Below, in pieces: positions 1 to 9,010 of a stretch of 64,000 bases of DNA (the first letter of the stretch is position 1; every line of letters starts with the position of its first letter). The stretch is from NCBI GenBank assembly GCA_016866995.1, contig VGKQ01000003.1:118-64117 (forward strand), in the 5' to 3' direction. The stretch is from Candidatus Pacearchaeota archaeon. Its GTDB lineage: Archaea > Nanobdellota > Nanobdellia > Pacearchaeales > GW2011-AR1. A program made the translations under genes and the position numbers. The notes below the pieces were generated by a model. The model saw nothing but the letters and a program-made list of their open reading frames with translations, made no database searches and was not told where the DNA came from.

Positions 1-11
1 AGTTCATTTTT

Positions 12-344
12 CTAAATTGCTTTTGAATGTTCATCTATTTTTTTGAAGAAAATCTTTGGGATATAATCAATAATATTGAAGAATTTTATGCTGCCTATTG
101 CAATTGTAATTGCTGACAGGCCGAGAAGAGATGTTACAATAAGGTTTTGTGCATCATTAGTTATTATGCCTAAATTGAAGGCAAGCATTGTTAAAATCGA
201 GGCATGTACAAAAATTAGTCCGGTTAAGATTGTTTTAATACTTTGTTTTAATACTCTTGGCAGTTTAGATATAGTAAGATGCATATATATTATTGTTATA
301 AATCCAACAATTGCTGAAATTATTCCTGTTATTAGCTGCGCCAT
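12..344 (-). CDS. small integral membrane protein, function unknown
   Basis: 110-aa ORF with hydrophobic stretches consistent with about 3 TM helices. The overlapping + strand ORF 76-363 looks like an antisense shadow. Confidence 0.45.
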   Translation of the reverse strand: MAQLITGIISAIVGFITIIYMHLTISKLPRVLKQSIKTILTGLIFVHASILTMLAFNLGIITNDAQNLIVTSLLGLSAITIAIGSIKFFNIIDYIPKIFFKKIDEHSKAI

Positions 345-518
345 TTTTCCCTCTTTTTTATGAAATTAAATCTTTTGAGTTTATAAAGATAATTATGCTT
401 CGGCATTAGGCAGGATATTTTGATTTGACAAAGAAAAAAGCGAAAGGTTTATAAACTATTTAGTAGTAACATTTTCAATTAAACAAAAATATAAATACAA
501 GATTTAATTGTTACTAAT

Positions 519-1067
519 ATGATAAGACCAGGAGATATACCAATTGAAGAAAGAATTAATGAAGGGCAGTGTGACATATCCCATTTTTTTCCAGATAATC
601 CAGAAAGAGATTGCCATCTGGCAATTATGGGCTCACCGATGAGGGGGGCAGTTTATTTTAATTTAAAACAACCAAGAAGAGCAACACACCAGAGTACAAG
701 AAGAGACTTTGAATATGCACCAAGTGTAGAAACACCAGATTATGTTGTAAACGCAAGAATTTGCCTTGGAGATAGGGTTTGGAATTATCACACACCTACG
801 CAAAATGCTTCAGAAATCAGAAGAGTTTTTATTTTAAGAAACCAGGCACTAGAATTGGATATTGAGGAATCATTGATATGGATGTCTTGTCCTCAAGGGA
901 CATCAAGGCATGATGAAGCAAGAGTTCAATTGGAACAAGAAACTAGCGATGTTAATAATCAGGTAATTCTTCAGTTAATGTATGATAGAGTTCAGAAAGG
1001 ATTGCCTATGCTTGAGGTGAGTTCTAGAGTTCCTATACAAGAAGATAAATCTTTAGTATCTAGTTAA
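519..1067 (+). CDS. hypothetical protein, first gene of the AAA+/vWA operon
   Basis: 182-aa ORF on the same strand, ending a few nt before the AAA+ gene. No family recognised. Confidence 0.5.
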   Translation: MIRPGDIPIEERINEGQCDISHFFPDNPERDCHLAIMGSPMRGAVYFNLKQPRRATHQSTRRDFEYAPSVETPDYVVNARICLGDRVWNYHTPTQNASEIRRVFILRNQALELDIEESLIWMSCPQGTSRHDEARVQLEQETSDVNNQVILQLMYDRVQKGLPMLEVSSRVPIQEDKSLVSS

Positions 1068-1083
1068 ATAATTGTGTATTAAA

Positions 1084-1938
1084 ATGAATGGCGAAGGATA
1101 TGATTTAAGCAAGTATGTTGTTCAAAAGGAACCGTTTTATTTAGATATAGCCAGAGAAACGCAACTTTTTAAAGCTGCTTTTCAACAAAAACTTCCTGTT
1201 ATTTTGAAAGGTCCAACAGGATGCGGGAAGAGCAGGTTTATGGAAAGAATGGCTTGGGAAATAAACAGAGAACTTGCTGGACATGATTCTGGATTTCCTC
1301 TAGTGACTGTTCCGTGTCAAGAAGGTTTGACTGCAGACGATTTAATTGGAAGATATCTTATTGACGGAAAATGGATGGATGGTCCGGCGCTTGTTGCTGT
1401 GAGGCACGGAGGACTATTATATTTAGACGAAATTGTTGAAGCTAGAAGCGATACTACTGTTGTTATTCATCCCTTAACAGACCACAGAAGAATACTTCCA
1501 GTAGAGAAGCTCGGCAAAGTTTTTGAGGCTCCTGATAATTTTATGCTTGGGATGTCTTTTAATCCTGGATATCAGAGAAAAATAAAGGATTTAAAAATGA
1601 GCACAAAACAAAGGTTTGTAGCAATCAATTTTGATTATCCTCCTTCTGATACTGAAAGAGAAATTGTTGTGAAAGAGTCTGGCGTTGATGAGAAAACTGC
1701 AGGTGTTTTGGTTGAAATTGGGGGTAATTTTAGAAAAGCAAAAAAACAAGGCAAATTAGAAGAAGGAGCAAGTACAAGACTTTTGGTAAATGCAGCAAAA
1801 CTCATAACTGCGGGCGTAGAACCTTATAGAGCATGTGAAGTTGCTATACTTAATCCAATTACAGACGATGTTGATGTTCAAGAAGCCTTGAGGGGCGGAT
1901 TAGCTGATGTTATTAGAAACTACTTCCCCGGGAGATAA
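1084..1938 (+). CDS. CbbQ/NorQ/NirQ-family (MoxR-like) AAA+ ATPase
   Basis: Walker A LKGPTGCGKSRF and Walker B LLYLDEIVEA. Family-typical strings VTVPCQEGLTADDLIGRY, HPLTDHRRILP, SFNPGYQ and STKQRFVAINFDYP. ATG at 1084 preferred over the TTG at 1072 used by the ORF track. Confidence 0.85.
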   Translation: MNGEGYDLSKYVVQKEPFYLDIARETQLFKAAFQQKLPVILKGPTGCGKSRFMERMAWEINRELAGHDSGFPLVTVPCQEGLTADDLIGRYLIDGKWMDGPALVAVRHGGLLYLDEIVEARSDTTVVIHPLTDHRRILPVEKLGKVFEAPDNFMLGMSFNPGYQRKIKDLKMSTKQRFVAINFDYPPSDTEREIVVKESGVDEKTAGVLVEIGGNFRKAKKQGKLEEGASTRLLVNAAKLITAGVEPYRACEVAILNPITDDVDVQEALRGGLADVIRNYFPGR

Positions 1939-1958
1939 TTAAATTTGTTTTTTGAAGT

Positions 1959-3404
1959 ATGACTAAGTCTTTGGATACTCTTATAACGAGAATAGCTGGT
2001 TTTTACGCGGCTCGTCCAGATTTTACTCCAAAGAGAGCTAAAAGAGGAAGAACTATTGCTCAGAGATTTTCAAGAAGGTTTGCTCGTATCGCTCCTGAAG
2101 ATAGAGAGACTGCAAAAAAAATATTCTTGAGCTATATTTCAAAGGAGAGAGCTGAAAGAAAACCGAGTAAGGGTGTGAGAATAGAAAAACCCGCAAAAAA
2201 ATCTGATGAAAAAGTAAGAAGAGCAAGGACTGAAGAGGAACAATATGCAGAAAGAAGTTTCTATGATTTTTTTAAGAGTTATTTAGGATTTTATATTCAG
2301 GCATCTGAAGACAGGGAAAAATTAGGATTGTTCAATAGAGGTTTGTTGTATATCTTAGATGAAGTTTCAACAGATAGAACTGCAAGCAGTGTTTTGGCTA
2401 GATTTGGCAGTATATTAGAAATTCCTAATGATGCTATTTCTCTTTGGTTGCAGAGTTTGAGTCATCTTTCCAGGAGAGCTAAAGGAGGAGCCAGAACATA
2501 TGATGAAAAAATAGAGAGATACGCAGAAATTTCTACAAGACATCTTGTTGATTTTGAAGATTCTTATAGACACGTGCTTAGAGTTTTAGCTCAAGGTGAA
2601 CCTGTTTTTGGTGCTGAAGACTTTTTATTTAGATTTGCTGGAAATAAGAAGCGAGATGAAGCAGATGTTTTAGGGTGTTATAATACACTTAAAGAAGTTG
2701 ATTCAAGATTAAGGCCAGAAGTAGAGAGAGTCAGGGCGAAAGCTAGCAGAGTAAAAAATAATTCTGCTTTCTTGGCATCTGTTGACGAAAAAACTTACAG
2801 ATTAATCAAAGCAGGAAAAGGCAGAGAGTATCACCAATTAGCTACTTCTTTATTAAACCATCTTGTTGGTATGGCTTTTGGTCATAGAAGATTAGAGAGA
2901 GAACTTTCTTTATTAGAAGGAGTAGTTAATGCAAACCCAGAACTCATTGAAGATGTTTCTAGGAGACTTAAAACATTAGAATTTTCAGATTTGAATGTTC
3001 CTGCTTATCTTAAAGTTGTTACTCACTTGCAGGCGATGCAAGGCTTGACTCCTCAAGACAGAGAAAAATATATGGATATTTCAGTTGAATTATTCCAGGA
3101 TTATAATTATTGGAATAGGCAGTCAAATCCCCAGACAGTTAGAAGAAAGTGTCTTGGGGTGATTGATAAATTAAGTTCTTTGGAAGAAGATAAAAGAAAA
3201 ACTGCTCTTGATCTTGTTTATTCTTTAAAAGATAGAGTTAAAAGACACCCTAGATTAAGCCAACAACCTCCTCTTTATTTAGACAAAGCTATTGAAGTAA
3301 TAACTGAATCTGTTGCTGTTGATTCGTTCAAGGCTGTTGCATTTGTTAATCAAGTAATTAATTATCAGGATTCACCTAGAGGAGAAAAAGATGCAAAAGG
3401 TTAA
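1959..3404 (+). CDS. hypothetical helical protein inside the AAA+/vWA operon
   Basis: 481-aa ORF between the AAA+ and vWA genes. Its 3' end overlaps the next start by 14 nt. No family recognised. Confidence 0.55.
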   Translation: MTKSLDTLITRIAGFYAARPDFTPKRAKRGRTIAQRFSRRFARIAPEDRETAKKIFLSYISKERAERKPSKGVRIEKPAKKSDEKVRRARTEEEQYAERSFYDFFKSYLGFYIQASEDREKLGLFNRGLLYILDEVSTDRTASSVLARFGSILEIPNDAISLWLQSLSHLSRRAKGGARTYDEKIERYAEISTRHLVDFEDSYRHVLRVLAQGEPVFGAEDFLFRFAGNKKRDEADVLGCYNTLKEVDSRLRPEVERVRAKASRVKNNSAFLASVDEKTYRLIKAGKGREYHQLATSLLNHLVGMAFGHRRLERELSLLEGVVNANPELIEDVSRRLKTLEFSDLNVPAYLKVVTHLQAMQGLTPQDREKYMDISVELFQDYNYWNRQSNPQTVRRKCLGVIDKLSSLEEDKRKTALDLVYSLKDRVKRHPRLSQQPPLYLDKAIEVITESVAVDSFKAVAFVNQVINYQDSPRGEKDAKG

Positions 3405-5814
3405 AAAAGATAAAGATACTCCAAAAATTTCTTTGAAACCAGGAATTATTTGCAGTTATGCAAGTAAACTTTTGCCTTTTGTTCCTGATTTAGTTGGAAA
3501 AGTAAGTGCTGATGATTGGACACGGGCGCTGGATGTTGTTTATTTTAAGTATAAAGCAAATAAAACAGGGAGACATGATGTTAATAATTTTATAGATAGA
3601 CTTATGGGTTCTCTTAAGAGTATGCCCCCAAAAAGGATTCCTTATTGCTTAGGTGAATTAGAAAAGGTGAGAAGAGTAAGACTGGAGGATAGAAGAGATT
3701 CAGATTTAGAAGAAGTAATTCTTGATTCTGTTGAGAACAGGACAGGATTTTCAGAGCAAGAACTTTCACAGTTGCATAATGTTTTCTTAAACATGTATTC
3801 AGATGGTAACACTTGTTTTCCTTCAGCAATAGCTTTTTTTGATGAATTGGCTGAAGAAATGAGCAATGTGCCTGCTAAATTTAGAGGACAAGCAATTGAG
3901 TATGCTGGCAAGGTTGTATCCAAAGCTGTAGAAGAAGAAAGAGACCAGAGAGCCAGAGTAAGATTGCCATATGAACCTTTTGTTTATTTAAGACTAGCAA
4001 ACAAATTAGCTGTAAGTTATGCCCATGCAGCTAGAAAGAATATTCCTTCTTTAGGAGATGGATTTTCTGCTTGGATTGATAAAGCATTGAAAGAAAAATC
4101 TGCAAGAGAATTATTTGGTTATTTTGGAGATGAACACGATTATTTTGCAGCGGATTTAGAAGTTGCTGTTGGCGGATTAAGTTTTTCAAAAATAAACGAA
4201 AGACTTCTTACATATGTCCAGGCGCTTACAGGCAGGCATGTGAAAGTAAAAGATTCTGGCTCTCTTGAATTGAGATGTTCATTTGAAGGAGATACTTTTT
4301 TTCTTCCTAATGCAGTTAATGTTGCAGAAGATGAAGAAGGAAATTATAGTATTTACAAATCTCTGGCTTCTTATCAAGCAGGAGCATTTATGTTTGGAAC
4401 ATACAAGCCAGATTTAGAAAAGCTTGATGATGCAACTAGAATAAGAGTTGCAAATGGTTTGGGCGGATTTTTTGGGATATTTGAGAATCCTGATTTTGCA
4501 AGAGCCCTATTTGAGTTGCTTGAATTTACACGTATTGATTCAAGATTAGCTGATAAATTCCCAGGTCTTAGACAGGATTTAGATATTTTTAAAAAAACCC
4601 TTGTATCAAAGCCTCGTGAAAAAGGACAATTGATACTTGGAGGAATACTTGATTATGCATGCGGAGGAAAGCCAAAAAAATTAGAAGCACAAGTAACAGA
4701 AGCAGTTTCTTCATTGAGAAGCAAAGAAGCAGGTGTTGCTCAGACACTTAATGCAACAAATTTAATCTACACTATTTTGAGCAGGAGATTTAATTTAGCT
4801 AATCAAAGAGTTCCTGAAGATTTAATTGGTGTTGATTTAAAAGAAGTTATTGAAAAACTAGAAGAAGCTGAAAAAACATTTTTAGTTGCTAAGCCTTCTG
4901 CTGAAGAGCCTACAGGATACAGATTTAGATATGATGAGTGGGATTATGCTAAAAAGGAATATAAAAAAGGATTTGTGCAGGTTGTAGAAGTTCTGTATCC
5001 TTCTGCTGCTGATAATAGATATGTTGCAGAGGTTCTTCATAGTCATAGTAAAGTTATTCAAGCATTAAGAAGAGATTTTGAATCAATTGCCCCCCAAGAA
5101 TTTCAGAGAGTTAGAGGACAGGTTTCTGGAGATGTAGATTTTGATGCTTTAGTCAGGGCAAGAGCTGAGATGGCTGCTGGAGAAACCCCATCAGAAAAAG
5201 TTTATACTCGAAAGTTCAGAAATGATAGGTCTGTGACTTCTATGCTTGTATCAGATGGCAGCGGTTCATTAAGGTGGTTTATTGATACTGAAAATCCAAA
5301 TTTAAGGACAATAGACATTATCAAACAATCTTATATCTATTATGCAGAGGCATTAGGTATATTAGGAGATTCTTTTGCACTTGCAAATTTCTCAGGAGAG
5401 ACTGAAAAAAATGTTGAGTTTTATTTATTGAAAGATTTTGACCAGCCCTATGATTCTCCTGTTAGAATGGCAATTGGTTCTATAAAACCCTTAAAACAAA
5501 ATAGAGATGGTGCTGGTGTGCGACATGCTGCACATGTTCTTGCTGGGAGGCCTGAAAGAACAAAATTATTATTTTGTATGATGGAGGGGGTTCCCCATGA
5601 TTTTGGTTATGAAGGAAAGTATGCTGTTGAAGATACAAGAAAAGCACTAATTGAAGCTAAACATTTAGGATGTGTGCCTGTTGTTTTAGCTTTTGGACAT
5701 AAAATAGATGAAGGAGTAAGGTCTCTTTCAGAAAATGTTTTTTACAGAGAAGTCAGTGATTCTACTAGGCTTCCTTTGGTTGTTCCTGATTTGTATAGAA
5801 GAATGGCAATTTAG
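3391..5814 (+). CDS. CbbO/NorD-like protein with C-terminal von Willebrand factor A (vWA) domain
   Basis: 807 aa. The C-terminal ~200 aa has a MIDAS-like DxSxS (LVSDGSGS) and a vWA-like alternation of hydrophobic strands. Size and position next to a CbbQ/NorQ ATPase match Q/O or Q/D pairs. Confidence 0.7.
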   Translation: MQKVKKDKDTPKISLKPGIICSYASKLLPFVPDLVGKVSADDWTRALDVVYFKYKANKTGRHDVNNFIDRLMGSLKSMPPKRIPYCLGELEKVRRVRLEDRRDSDLEEVILDSVENRTGFSEQELSQLHNVFLNMYSDGNTCFPSAIAFFDELAEEMSNVPAKFRGQAIEYAGKVVSKAVEEERDQRARVRLPYEPFVYLRLANKLAVSYAHAARKNIPSLGDGFSAWIDKALKEKSARELFGYFGDEHDYFAADLEVAVGGLSFSKINERLLTYVQALTGRHVKVKDSGSLELRCSFEGDTFFLPNAVNVAEDEEGNYSIYKSLASYQAGAFMFGTYKPDLEKLDDATRIRVANGLGGFFGIFENPDFARALFELLEFTRIDSRLADKFPGLRQDLDIFKKTLVSKPREKGQLILGGILDYACGGKPKKLEAQVTEAVSSLRSKEAGVAQTLNATNLIYTILSRRFNLANQRVPEDLIGVDLKEVIEKLEEAEKTFLVAKPSAEEPTGYRFRYDEWDYAKKEYKKGFVQVVEVLYPSAADNRYVAEVLHSHSKVIQALRRDFESIAPQEFQRVRGQVSGDVDFDALVRARAEMAAGETPSEKVYTRKFRNDRSVTSMLVSDGSGSLRWFIDTENPNLRTIDIIKQSYIYYAEALGILGDSFALANFSGETEKNVEFYLLKDFDQPYDSPVRMAIGSIKPLKQNRDGAGVRHAAHVLAGRPERTKLLFCMMEGVPHDFGYEGKYAVEDTRKALIEAKHLGCVPVVLAFGHKIDEGVRSLSENVFYREVSDSTRLPLVVPDLYRRMAI

Positions 5815-5929
5815 ATTATTTTAATAATATGTACTGTTTTGTTGTATTGGCTTTTTCTTTTTTATTAAACTCTCTTGCTGTGGTGCTCTTCATCTAATTA
5901 TGGGCATCCTCAACTGCGGAGTTTGTAGA

Positions 5930-6000
5930 TGCGCCAGCCGGGAATTGAACCCGGTTCTAAAGCTTGGGAAGCTTTCATACTGCCGGTATACTACTAGCGC
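5930..6000 (-). tRNA. tRNA-Gly (anticodon CCC)
   Basis: Hand-folded cloverleaf on the minus strand. Acceptor GCGCTAG/CTGGCGC, anticodon stem AAAGC/GCTTT with loop TT-CCC-AA, T arm CCGGG-TTCAATT-CCCGG. 71 nt, CCA not encoded, no intron. Confidence 0.9.
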
Positions 6001-6109
6001 CTAAACTATCTTGAGATTAGAAATATTTAAATTCTATCCTTTCTTTCAGAGAAAGAAACAAAGCACGTCTATATTAATATAGAATAAAACTGAATTTACT
6101 TGTATAAAA

Positions 6110-6682
6110 ATGAAATGGAAAAGAGGACTTGGAATTATTTTAATTATAGCAAGCATCTTAATTTCGCTTTTTGACTTAACTTTGACTGGGGCTGTTGTGG
6201 GAGTTTCTGATGTTAATCTTGGCTTATTTTCTTTCGTGCTTTTTGTTGCTGGATTTATTTTATTAATAACAGAGACTATTGAAAGGAGAAAGCATGCAAG
6301 AGCTGAATTATCTGTCGAGCTTGGAGGAGTTACATATGAACCTCACGCTCTTGATAGAATGTCTAAGAGACATGTTTATCCTTCGATAGTTAGTGATGCA
6401 ATAAGAAATGGAGAGCACTATAGATTGACTCATGTTGTAAATTCTGATGAAACCAGGGGGGCGACAGATGCATATATCAGCAGAAACTGCGCAGATATTC
6501 TTTCTTCTGGCAGAGTTGGAGAGAGAATAATAAAAGTCGAGCCTGGCAGAAAAAGGGATTTCAAGAATTTACTTGTTTTGACTGATAAAGTAGGAGTTGT
6601 AAAAACTGTATATTTAAAAGAGGATTCAAGATTACACTCTTTTCTAGAAAGATATGTCAAGAGAAAAACAGCTGCTGCCTAG
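6110..6682 (+). CDS. membrane-anchored protein with DUF4258-like (RNase-toxin-like) C-terminal domain
   Basis: Two N-terminal TM helices. After them, YEPHALDRMSKRHVYPSIVSDAIRNGE resembles the H-A-x-x-R-M-x-x-R start of DUF4258. The domain call is from memory of the family pattern only. Confidence 0.4.
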   Translation: MKWKRGLGIILIIASILISLFDLTLTGAVVGVSDVNLGLFSFVLFVAGFILLITETIERRKHARAELSVELGGVTYEPHALDRMSKRHVYPSIVSDAIRNGEHYRLTHVVNSDETRGATDAYISRNCADILSSGRVGERIIKVEPGRKRDFKNLLVLTDKVGVVKTVYLKEDSRLHSFLERYVKRKTAAA

Positions 6683-7428
6683 CTTGCTTGTCTTATTCTT
6701 ACAAGAAAATTGTTTATTTTTTGAATATCTGGAGTTTCTGGCAGCCCTGATTTTTCTATTCCTGCAACCAGCCTGGCATCAAGATTTCTGATTAATTCAG
6801 CAAGTTTTTCTTGGTTTTCTGCTTGTGGTTTGCCTGTCTGCTTGGATTCTGCTATTTTTTTTGCTTCATCATAATCAAACATTGTGCTTAATTCTCTCAT
6901 ATCAAAAACAAGCCTTCCTGTTTCTGCAAGTGCTATCCCTGTTAGATAACCTCTGATAGTATGAAAATCTCTTTTTGTTGTTTCAATTGGCTTGTGCTGC
7001 TGGTTTCTTGAGAAATTAAGATAATAATTAATCAGTCTCCTGCTAACTCCTGCAGTATTAACAAGATTTTGTAAATTTTGATATTCATCTGAAGCAGATA
7101 TTAGTAGCGGGCTGTTTACCCATTCAAACCTGCTTCCGTTAGAGTGCGCAACAAGACTAAGAAAATGCCCAAGTTCATCAATTTCTAAATCAAGATTGCC
7201 TTTTCTCTGGCTTATTGTCGGCTCTTTTACTTTTTTTCTTAATCTCAGTAAATTTTCTGTTGGGGCAAGATAAACTCCTCTTACATCAATATCTGACTTT
7301 GCAGAAGGATAGCCAAAATAGTGGGAGCCGCAGACTGCGATGAAAAGCGGCTTGCCTTTTGCCGAGATTTTTCTATCTGCTTGATATTCATCCATTAATC
7401 TTTTTGCTTCTTCTGTTATATTTGTCAT
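6679..7428 (-). CDS. predicted nucleotidyltransferase (RlaP/PF10127-like)
   Basis: VCGSHYFGYPSAKSDIDVRGVY is a G-S ... D-x-D Pol-beta-type NTase signature. 249 aa. Confidence 0.6.
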   Translation of the reverse strand: MTNITEEAKRLMDEYQADRKISAKGKPLFIAVCGSHYFGYPSAKSDIDVRGVYLAPTENLLRLRKKVKEPTISQRKGNLDLEIDELGHFLSLVAHSNGSRFEWVNSPLLISASDEYQNLQNLVNTAGVSRRLINYYLNFSRNQQHKPIETTKRDFHTIRGYLTGIALAETGRLVFDMRELSTMFDYDEAKKIAESKQTGKPQAENQEKLAELIRNLDARLVAGIEKSGLPETPDIQKINNFLVRIRQAS

Positions 7429-7562
7429 TTTTCATCCTCGAGAAATTTATTTAGGGCAAACTCTATAACATGAGACTTGTTTCTGAACTTTCCGCTTTCA
7501 ACACACTCATCAAGTTTATCTATAGAATCTTCTTCTATGCTTATACTGATTTTCTGTTTCAT
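7425..7562 (-). CDS. ribbon-helix-helix (CopG-like) small protein
   Basis: 45-aa ORF absent from the track: MKQKISISIEEDSIDKLDECVESGKFRNKSHVIEFALNKFLEDEK. It has a beta-strand then two helices, as in RHH proteins. Its TGA overlaps the ATG of the downstream NTase (ATGA). Confidence 0.55.
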   Translation of the reverse strand: MKQKISISIEEDSIDKLDECVESGKFRNKSHVIEFALNKFLEDEK

Positions 7563-7667
7563 AGCAAGAAGTAGTAAAATTTGCCACTTTTAAATCTTTC
7601 TATATGTGACTATTTTAAAGTAACAATAAAATTTAAAAATAAATTAAAAAAAGAAAGAAGCGGAAAA

Positions 7668-8150
7668 TTATCCAACTAACACGCTTCTTTCTTCATCTTC
7701 TCTTGCTTTTCTTCTTGCAAGATTTCTTGAAACTTCCATTAATTCTGGATATAAATTTCTTGCAGTTGCTTCACTAAAACCTAAGCTCTGCATAACTCCA
7801 AGATAATCGTCTGCTGTTAATCTGCATCCTGCATTAACTCCAAAATACAAGTTAGTTTCTTTTGCTTGTCGAGTTTCCTCAATCAACCCATTAAGAATCT
7901 TGCCGTGTCTTGGATACTGTTCTGCAAACTGATCAATAGCTTGTCTCATTGTTCTTGCTTTCTCAGTTACATCATCTTGCTCGACTCGTGCATAAACTCT
8001 CTCCCCGTGAAATTCCTGTCTAGGCAACAAAATTGCCTGTGCAATTTTTGGTTTCTGCCTTTTCAGCTTTCCATCCATGCTTGAAATTGGTATGTGTATC
8101 CTGTCTGTAGCAATTAATTCTATTATTTGCCTTTCAAGTTGTTCTGTCAT
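7668..8150 (-). CDS. hypothetical protein
   Basis: 160-aa ORF that looks GC-richer than its neighbours. No family recognised. Confidence 0.5.
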   Translation of the reverse strand: MTEQLERQIIELIATDRIHIPISSMDGKLKRQKPKIAQAILLPRQEFHGERVYARVEQDDVTEKARTMRQAIDQFAEQYPRHGKILNGLIEETRQAKETNLYFGVNAGCRLTADDYLGVMQSLGFSEATARNLYPELMEVSRNLARRKAREDEERSVLVG

Positions 8151-8267
8151 TTTATCTCCTTGTTTAATTTAATTAATTTATTCAAGAGAAATCAGTAAAT
8201 TAATTTATGAGGTGATATTTGTCACCACAATAGAAAGATATAAAAATGCTGGAAAACTAGCAATAAT

Positions 8268-8969
8268 ATGAACCCACATGAATTGACAGGAGCAGGACTA
8301 ACTGAAAATGAGAGCAAAGTTTATCTTGCTCTTATTGAGCTTGGCCCAGCTTTAGCTGGAGGAATATCAAGAAAAACAGGAATGCACAGGAGAACAGTTT
8401 ACGATACTTGTGATATGCTGATTAAAAAAGGGCTTATTGGCTATATCCTAAAAAATAATCGCAGATTATTTCAAGCCTCAAATCCATCGAGAATACTTGA
8501 AATAATAAAAGAAAAAGAAAATTTACTTGAACCTCTAATTTCTGAATTAAACTTGAAATATGGAAAGACAAAAGAGAAAGAAGAAACAAATTTTTACAAG
8601 GGAAAAGAGGGATTAAAAACAGTTTTTGAAGAACAACTTCAAGCCAGAGAGATACTAATACTTGGTGCAAGCCCCAGAGCATATGAGATTTTGCAATTTT
8701 ATTTCAAGTGGTATGATAAAACTCGAAAAGAAAAGAGAATAAAAGCGAGAATAATTGCAAGCGATAGGAAAATCAAGAGAATTCCACTTGCAGAAATCAG
8801 ATACCTGCCTGAAAAATATTCCTCGCCTGTTTCTGTTAATATTTATCAGGACAAGGTTGCAATTATTTTATGGGCCTCAAGTCCGTATGCTATTGTAATA
8901 AAAAGTTCAGAAATTAGCAAAGGATACAGAAATTATTTTGAGTTAATGTGGAAGATGGCAAAGAAATAA
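8268..8969 (+). CDS. TrmB-family transcriptional regulator
   Basis: N-terminal wHTH LTENESKVYLALIELGPALAGGISRKTGMHRRTVYDTCDMLIKKGLI, typical of TrmB. Confidence 0.75.
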   Translation: MNPHELTGAGLTENESKVYLALIELGPALAGGISRKTGMHRRTVYDTCDMLIKKGLIGYILKNNRRLFQASNPSRILEIIKEKENLLEPLISELNLKYGKTKEKEETNFYKGKEGLKTVFEEQLQAREILILGASPRAYEILQFYFKWYDKTRKEKRIKARIIASDRKIKRIPLAEIRYLPEKYSSPVSVNIYQDKVAIILWASSPYAIVIKSSEISKGYRNYFELMWKMAKK

Positions 8970-9010
8970 GCTTAAAAATAATCAATTTCATTAATAATCA
9001 GGAGAAAAAC

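Noticed and set aside
1072-1083. TTG start used by the ORF track for the AAA+ gene. Similar non-ATG or upstream starts appear at 8948, 12247, 18880, 24485, 37788, 39986 and 61416.
   Set aside because: Downstream ATG codons give N-termini that match family expectations or sit at leaderless or overlap-coupled positions. The upstream extensions translate AT-rich promoter sequence.
5815-5929. Region downstream of tRNA-Gly, checked for a second small RNA (C/D box sRNA or tRNA fragment).
   Set aside because: No RUGAUGA/CUGA box pair or cloverleaf could be folded. It contains only T-runs consistent with termination of the upstream operon.
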